This document shows, piece after piece, positions 35,491 to 40,394 of a stretch of DNA of 40,394 nt. Below the pieces are notes generated by a model. The model was not told the origin of the DNA and searched no databases. It saw only the letters and a list, made by a program, of their open reading frames with translations. Positions within the stretch are counted from its first letter, which is position 1. Each line of letters begins with the position of its first letter. Origin of the DNA: an uncultured Hyphomicrobiales bacterium (GTDB lineage: Bacteria > Bacteroidota > Ignavibacteria > Kapaibacteriales > UBA2268); NCBI GenBank assembly GCA_964589125.1, contig CAZPSM010000003.1, positions 1 to 40,394 on the forward strand. Reading direction: 5' to 3'. Made by a program: the position numbers and the translations under genes.

Positions 35491-37674
35491 ATGATAAAAA
35501 TGAAAGTTCCGAAGAAATCAATGATGGAGTTTACCGATTGGGATTCTGAACACAGCGGAGAATTTACAAAAGAGAAAGATACGAGCTTCTTCGCTGTGTT
35601 CAGAACGACAGAATGGTTACGTAGGAGTTTTATAATATCGTTCCTTTTAGTCTTTTTTAATATTGTCTCACTTTTGTCGCAAGGTGTTTCGCTGGATAAT
35701 ACCGGTGGTAGAATATATAACATTGGGACTCTTCGTATAAAATCTGGCCAGGTTAAGAACTTGAACGACACAATAGATGGTCGAGTCGAGTTTACCTCGG
35801 TTGTTCCTGCTTTTACCCAAGATGTGCCGAACATTGTTTATAACCAGTTGCTTCTAAGTGGCTTGGGTTTGAAGATTATCGATACTGTTCGTAAAGTTAG
35901 CAATTTGCCTGTGCCTTTGGTTACACGCGATAGCCTATTGCTGATGGACTCTACAAGGGTTAACCTTTTCCGGGGTGATGTTTGGGCGCGTGGCTCTGTT
36001 GCCAATTCAAGTTCAATTATTGGCAGCAAAGAAATTCGACTAATTGGTGAACAGCCGCAGGAAATTTGGGGTTGGGGAAATTTTCCTGTCTTAAATCTCG
36101 ATAATCCTTTTGGTGTAACTGTTATCCGAGGTGGGGGGTTCCGTATCGACCAACGACTTGTTCTTTCACGTGGCGAGTTTCGCAACTCCGTTTCGAATAA
36201 TTTCTCGCTGGGCGATTCTGTTACAGTTGTTCGCTATGTTGGAGCATCTCTTTCGGAAAAACCTATGTTCGGTCGAAGTGTTAATATCCAATATCGAGGA
36301 CAAGGGAAAATTACTTCTGGTCCGGAGTTACCCGATGATGCTTCGACATTGAAGAATATGGAAGTCTATACAACCGATGGACTCGTTTTAACAAAAGATG
36401 TGACTGTCAATGATACTCTACTGCTTTCCTCAACTGTCTATACGGAACCGAGTGATACCGAACGTTACGTTTTGACCCATACTTCACCCAATGACCCAAT
36501 TTTCGCAAATTCCAATGCAGAAATAGATGGTAGTTATAGGAAGACAAATCTCCGAACCGATTCTACAAAAATTTTATTGAACAATATTTATACTTACTTT
36601 GTATTTCCAAATCCAAGTTCTACAAATGGAGCAAGCGAAATAACACTTCGAGTTAAACCGCGCACATTCCCTTCCTTGCCCGCTGGGGACCAAAAAGTTC
36701 GGCGTTCTATTAGTCTTTCTTCGCGCGACATTTCTGGGAATCCAATTTCGGCTATTTATCCCATATTTGGTTATGGTTGGCGTCACTCTTCCGATACTTC
36801 TATTGACGAAACGAATGGGTTAGATATTTATAGACTTAAGCTACAATGGTGGGATGGAAACAATTGGGTTGATGTTGGCGACGAAGATATTGTTCAACTC
36901 GATACGATTAATGGATGGGCATATAACGTTGTCAAAAGGTCAAATGGGATTAACCAAGGGGAATTTGCTATCGGAAGTTCTTGGTATGCTCCGATTGCTT
37001 TTTGGGGCAAAGCGATTTTAGAGGGAGCCTGGCGCGGCGGAACGATGGCTAATGATTTACAAAAGAGAAACCTTTTACCATCGACACCTCCCGATATTTT
37101 TCCTTACAATCGCGACCCACAGCGAGCAAATATAGTTGTAACTAATTTTCCGGATTCAGTTGTCGATTGGATTGTTGTCGAGTTCAGAAGAACATATACA
37201 GACCCGAATCCGATTATTTATACTTGCTTTTTAAAGACCGATGGCAGTATCGTTGGTCGAAATGGGGAATATCCTATTTCACAAAAACAAATTAGATTTG
37301 ATTCTGGTAAAACAGATTATTTCGTAGCGATTTTACACAGGAACCATCTTGGAGTTATTACCGAGGAGCCGGTTAACCTTCGGGATTCTATCGCTGCTAA
37401 GTTGGATTTTACAAAAGCCGAGCTGGTAATGGGACGGGAAGGCTCGATGAAACCATTGGCAAAAACTACTAACGACGAAATAATCTTTGGGCTTTTCGCT
37501 GGTGATATTAATTCCGATGGCATTATCGATATTTTCGACCAAAATGATATTTGGCTGAATCGTGACCTCGAAGGTTATCTTCTTTGGGATGTCAGTTTAA
37601 GCGGAATTATAACTACTCGCGATTTGAACTTTGCATTTAACAATAGGAATCGCAAATCCCTTGTGCCTAAATAA
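35491..37674 (+). CDS. Exoprotein (727 aa as tracked; start uncertain) with an N-terminal region similar to the preceding paralog and a C-terminal dockerin-like module. No T9SS CTD.
   Basis: It is a long ORF. The hydrophobic signal/anchor SFIISFLLVFFNIVSLLSQ appears only at residues ~46-64, after the palindromic element. The mature N-terminus GVSLDNTGGRIYNIGTLRIKSG resembles NFTNNTGGTYQVGTTTGTIRMRSSG of the upstream protein. The C-terminal GDINSDGIIDIFDQNDIWLN and WDVSLSGIITTRDLNFAFNN are two dockerin-type Ca-loop/helix repeats (nt 37501-37645). Confidence 0.75.
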   Translation: MIKMKVPKKSMMEFTDWDSEHSGEFTKEKDTSFFAVFRTTEWLRRSFIISFLLVFFNIVSLLSQGVSLDNTGGRIYNIGTLRIKSGQVKNLNDTIDGRVEFTSVVPAFTQDVPNIVYNQLLLSGLGLKIIDTVRKVSNLPVPLVTRDSLLLMDSTRVNLFRGDVWARGSVANSSSIIGSKEIRLIGEQPQEIWGWGNFPVLNLDNPFGVTVIRGGGFRIDQRLVLSRGEFRNSVSNNFSLGDSVTVVRYVGASLSEKPMFGRSVNIQYRGQGKITSGPELPDDASTLKNMEVYTTDGLVLTKDVTVNDTLLLSSTVYTEPSDTERYVLTHTSPNDPIFANSNAEIDGSYRKTNLRTDSTKILLNNIYTYFVFPNPSSTNGASEITLRVKPRTFPSLPAGDQKVRRSISLSSRDISGNPISAIYPIFGYGWRHSSDTSIDETNGLDIYRLKLQWWDGNNWVDVGDEDIVQLDTINGWAYNVVKRSNGINQGEFAIGSSWYAPIAFWGKAILEGAWRGGTMANDLQKRNLLPSTPPDIFPYNRDPQRANIVVTNFPDSVVDWIVVEFRRTYTDPNPIIYTCFLKTDGSIVGRNGEYPISQKQIRFDSGKTDYFVAILHRNHLGVITEEPVNLRDSIAAKLDFTKAELVMGREGSMKPLAKTTNDEIIFGLFAGDINSDGIIDIFDQNDIWLNRDLEGYLLWDVSLSGIITTRDLNFAFNNRNRKSLVPK
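35544..35605. repeat. 19-bp inverted repeat (one G-U/mismatch) with a 24-nt spacer, related to the 33031/33121 element and lying inside the annotated 5' end of the 727-aa ORF.
   Basis: ttctgaacacagcggagaa (35544-35562) faces ttcttcgctgtgttcagaa (35587-35605). The arm shares 18/24 positions with cattctgaacgaagtgaagaatct. It translates as WDSEHSGEF...SFFAVFRT. Confidence 0.8.
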
Positions 37675-37678
37675 AACG

Positions 37679-38977
37679 ATGAAAAAATTACTCTTGTATA
37701 TATTGTTTTCGACGGTTAATTTTTTTGGTGTTCACATACTATCCTTTGCGCAACCGCAAAAGTTATCCGAAGTAACCTTGGATAGTATCTATCTTGCGAA
37801 GCCCGATGAGTTGCAATTTACACTTCGGCTCGAAAGGGTTTCCGATTCTTGGAAATACTGGGCGAATGGGACATTTCAATTTGCCTTCGATAGTGCTGGT
37901 TACGATGTTTCGCCCAATCGCCATACAATCGAGTTGGTTCCCGGTTCGAGTAACTTGAATATAATCCCAATTCCGGGTGTTTTACCAACTGTAAGTTACA
38001 TTGTTACTCCTAATGTTCTACAAGGACGATTTAGCATTACAGTTGCCGGACCCGAGAAGTTCGAGGATTGTATTGTTCCACCTTTAGATACGCAAGGAAT
38101 AACAATAGGCAAGTTTATTATCCGAACAACCGATGGAAGTGTGCTTCCCGGAAAATTACGTTGGCTCGAGCCGTTTATTTACTACCAGGCGAACGCCTAT
38201 AAAATTGACCACGATAGTTTACTTACCCCTTCTGTGGTGTTTGCAACTACAAACGATAATCTCGAAATGGATGATGGTTTAAATGTGTTTGTTGGTTACG
38301 AAACCCGAGAATTTCCCGGACTTCGAACGATTGTAAAAAATTTTAATGCTGAATATATTGGATTGAAACGAATTCTGTTGACTTGGGAAACGCTGAGTGA
38401 AGCCTATGTCGATGGCTTCATCGTTGTGCGAGGACTACGAACTTCAAGTGTTTCCGAACCAGAGTTAGTATATTACAAAGATACAATAGCCGACTATCGA
38501 CGTACTGACCCCAAAAGTGCTGGCTTGGTAGGTTTAGGAACCTCTCCCGTTGGACGAGAATACACCGTTGACCACGATACCATCGAATATCGTGGGTTGG
38601 AATATTGCTATAAGTTGCTTTATCGGGATTTTTCGGGTAATTTAATTACAGCGGCTTATGATTGCGAAAGAATACCTAATTCGATTATTACGAGAGCGAC
38701 CCCTTCGCCTAATCCATTTAATAGCAAGACAAACATTAAATATATCGTCGAAGACGATGTAATGCTCGATGTTTTCGTAAGCGACTTAACGGGAAGAATC
38801 CTTTTTTACTTGAAAAAAGGGGAGTATGTTGTCCGAGGTCCTCACAACGATGTGGATTTCGTTGCCGATTACAATGCCCAAGAAGGTTTATATAATGTAA
38901 TCTTTATCGCATATCCAATAGATGACCCAACGGTTGAACTTTCGCGTGCCATTGTAAAATTGCAGTTAATTCGTTAG
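37679..38977 (+). CDS. Secreted T9SS cargo protein (~432 aa) with cohesin-like and FN3-like regions.
   Basis: ATG 37679 lies 5 nt after the upstream stop; the ORF track uses the in-frame TTG 37631. The signal peptide is MKKLLLYILFSTVNFFGVHILSFAQ. The GTFQFAFDSAGYDV strand pattern is present. ILLTWETLSEAYVDGFIVVRG is FN3-like. The C-terminal PSPNPFNSKTNIKYIVEDDVMLDVFVSDLTGRILFYL...EGLYNVIFIAY...AIVKLQLIR is a T9SS CTD. Confidence 0.85.
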   Translation: MKKLLLYILFSTVNFFGVHILSFAQPQKLSEVTLDSIYLAKPDELQFTLRLERVSDSWKYWANGTFQFAFDSAGYDVSPNRHTIELVPGSSNLNIIPIPGVLPTVSYIVTPNVLQGRFSITVAGPEKFEDCIVPPLDTQGITIGKFIIRTTDGSVLPGKLRWLEPFIYYQANAYKIDHDSLLTPSVVFATTNDNLEMDDGLNVFVGYETREFPGLRTIVKNFNAEYIGLKRILLTWETLSEAYVDGFIVVRGLRTSSVSEPELVYYKDTIADYRRTDPKSAGLVGLGTSPVGREYTVDHDTIEYRGLEYCYKLLYRDFSGNLITAAYDCERIPNSIITRATPSPNPFNSKTNIKYIVEDDVMLDVFVSDLTGRILFYLKKGEYVVRGPHNDVDFVADYNAQEGLYNVIFIAYPIDDPTVELSRAIVKLQLIR

Positions 38978-38992
38978 TAGGAGGGTGCAGTT

Positions 38993-40394
38993 TTGTGGAA
39001 AGAACATTTTCCCATTTTCAAAATATTGTACCTTCTATTTTTACTGTTTACCAGCTTTTGGGTTAATAATTATATTTCGTTCTCACAGGTTATTTCTCCA
39101 AGTAAATCGGATAGTTTAATAGCCGGTCGTATTGTTCATTTTATTTTTGATACAAAAGTTCCTGCATTGCATTCATTAAGTGTTTCATTGGGGTATTCAC
39201 ATTCTTGGTTTTGGCTTTTTCGGGATAGCCCGGCGGGAAGTTTTGAGTGGGAAATTCCCTTGCGCGACATCGACTCTGTGTCGTTTAATTACCATTCGAT
39301 GAAATTCCATCCACCGGAAAAAATATATGAAGTCCAGTTTTCACATTCATCCGAGGTTACGTCTGTTGATTTCGCTGGTAATGATTATTTGTTTTTGACG
39401 TCAGGATTGGATGGAAAGATTTTCGTTTGGGATTTACAGACCAAAATAAAAATTGATTCTCTCGATTTGTCGCCAAGCAAAATCTATAATGCTAAGTTTT
39501 TAGGTAATTCAAACAAAGTTATTTTTTCACGCGATACTGCACTTATGATTTGGGATAGAAGCACCGGGGATATAGTAACGATTGCAACAAAATTGGGAAT
39601 TATTCGAGCTATTGCCGTAAATTCAGCGATGCAATTAATAGCATTTGGTTCTTACGATGGCAGTTTCGAAGTCCTTGATTCAAATCTGAATATCGTTTTT
39701 AGTTATCAGAATGATACACAAATTTATTCTACTCGATTTTCCTTCGACGGTGGGCTTGTTGCTTTCGGCGATTATAATGGAATTGCCTATATATTTAATC
39801 TTGCAAATGGGGAGCAAATCTTTTCTTTGAATACAAGTTACAATGGGAATATAAAAAACGTTGTATGGTCGCTGGATTTTTCCGATGACGACGACTCACT
39901 TTTTGCAACTGCTGGTATCGATGGTAAGGTTCGAATTTGGGAACTTAAAAGCGGGAGTTTGGTTGATTCTTTCCCTAATCATTTGTTTCATATTAGGAAA
40001 GTTTTCTTTGGCAGAAGAGACCAAGTTGTAACTTCTGCTTCGCTCGATAGTTCTCTTCGCCAGATTTACTACCCACGAAAATTCGAAATCCATCCTTCCT
40101 TGAAAGAAAAATCAAGTATTATTTCCGTGGGTTTTAGTGGGGACGAAAGATACTTTGTCGTGGGGCTTCGCAATGGGGGAATTTCAATTTGGAAAAATTA
40201 TGAAATCGAGGAGTTCCAACAGAAATTGACTCTTCCGTATTTCATTCCGATGGTAGCGAAATCTATATCTTTTGAAATATTTCCCAATGAAGTTAAATAT
40301 GTTCCACTCCTTGTTCAAAATCCTTTGCAAGTTGAACTAACGGAATTTCTTTCCGACAGTTCTTTTGCAATTGTGCATATTCCTTTCGAGCACA
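38993..40394 (+). CDS. WD40 beta-propeller repeat protein with an N-terminal hydrophobic anchor or signal, 3'-truncated by the window edge. It is not in the supplied ORF track.
   Basis: Manual codon-by-codon translation from TTG 38993 (SD aggaggg at 38979-38985, 7 nt upstream) to nt 40393 found no stop. The N-terminus is MWKEHFPIFKILYLLFLLFTSFWV. WD-like blades are LTSGLDGKIFVWDL, SRDTALMIWD, GSYDGSFEVLD, GDYNGIAYIFNL, TAGIDGKVRIWEL, SASLDSSLRQIYY and GLRNGGISIWKN. Confidence 0.8.
   Translation, partial: MWKEHFPIFKILYLLFLLFTSFWVNNYISFSQVISPSKSDSLIAGRIVHFIFDTKVPALHSLSVSLGYSHSWFWLFRDSPAGSFEWEIPLRDIDSVSFNYHSMKFHPPEKIYEVQFSHSSEVTSVDFAGNDYLFLTSGLDGKIFVWDLQTKIKIDSLDLSPSKIYNAKFLGNSNKVIFSRDTALMIWDRSTGDIVTIATKLGIIRAIAVNSAMQLIAFGSYDGSFEVLDSNLNIVFSYQNDTQIYSTRFSFDGGLVAFGDYNGIAYIFNLANGEQIFSLNTSYNGNIKNVVWSLDFSDDDDSLFATAGIDGKVRIWELKSGSLVDSFPNHLFHIRKVFFGRRDQVVTSASLDSSLRQIYYPRKFEIHPSLKEKSSIISVGFSGDERYFVVGLRNGGISIWKNYEIEEFQQKLTLPYFIPMVAKSISFEIFPNEVKYVPLLVQNPLQVELTEFLSDSSFAIVHIPFEH

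Overview
This 40.4 kb window is a fully co-directional array: all 17 supportable CDS are on the + strand. It is moderately AT-rich by eye. The source is most likely an FCB-group bacterium with a type IX secretion system (T9SS). AGGAGG-type Shine-Dalgarno sites are used (before 6730, 10752, 33359 and 38993), which fits Ignavibacteriota or Kapabacteria-like lineages better than classical Bacteroidia; this placement is inference only.

Content in order:
1. Five secreted surface proteins ending in TIGR04183-type T9SS C-terminal sorting domains (CTDs), at 3-10731. The first is cut by the window edge.
2. A small envelope-glycan block: GT2 polyprenyl-phosphate glycosyltransferase, putative outer-membrane beta-barrel, GT9 heptosyltransferase-like enzyme.
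3. Glutamine-dependent NAD synthetase (nadE).
4. A NarL/LuxR-type response regulator, followed by a degenerate pseudo-receiver paralog.
5. A signal-peptide-bearing phage-tail-fibre-like protein with a tail-collar C-terminus.
6. A 4137-aa giant repetitive exoprotein with an embedded GEVED domain.
7. Two smaller paralog-like exoproteins (about 690 and 727 aa).
8. One more T9SS-CTD protein.
9. A WD40 beta-propeller protein that runs off the 3' edge. It is absent from the supplied ORF track and was found by manual translation.

No rRNA, tRNA, CRISPR array, transposase or integrase was seen.

The most unusual part is the 17.1-40.4 kb segment. It holds a regulator pair followed by fibre, giant and paralog proteins that lack the T9SS CTD carried by their neighbours. 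These proteins share private motifs at their N- and C-termini. The middle paralog gene is bracketed by related REP-like palindromic elements.

Other notable signals:
- A 17-nt poly-T tract inside the CTD-coding part of one cargo gene.
- A recurring unnamed FG..AT.G.D...GE..LPP.PP...FD.RF module.
- Cohesin-like and dockerin-like modules scattered over several proteins.

All family assignments rest on motif recognition by eye. No database search was run.
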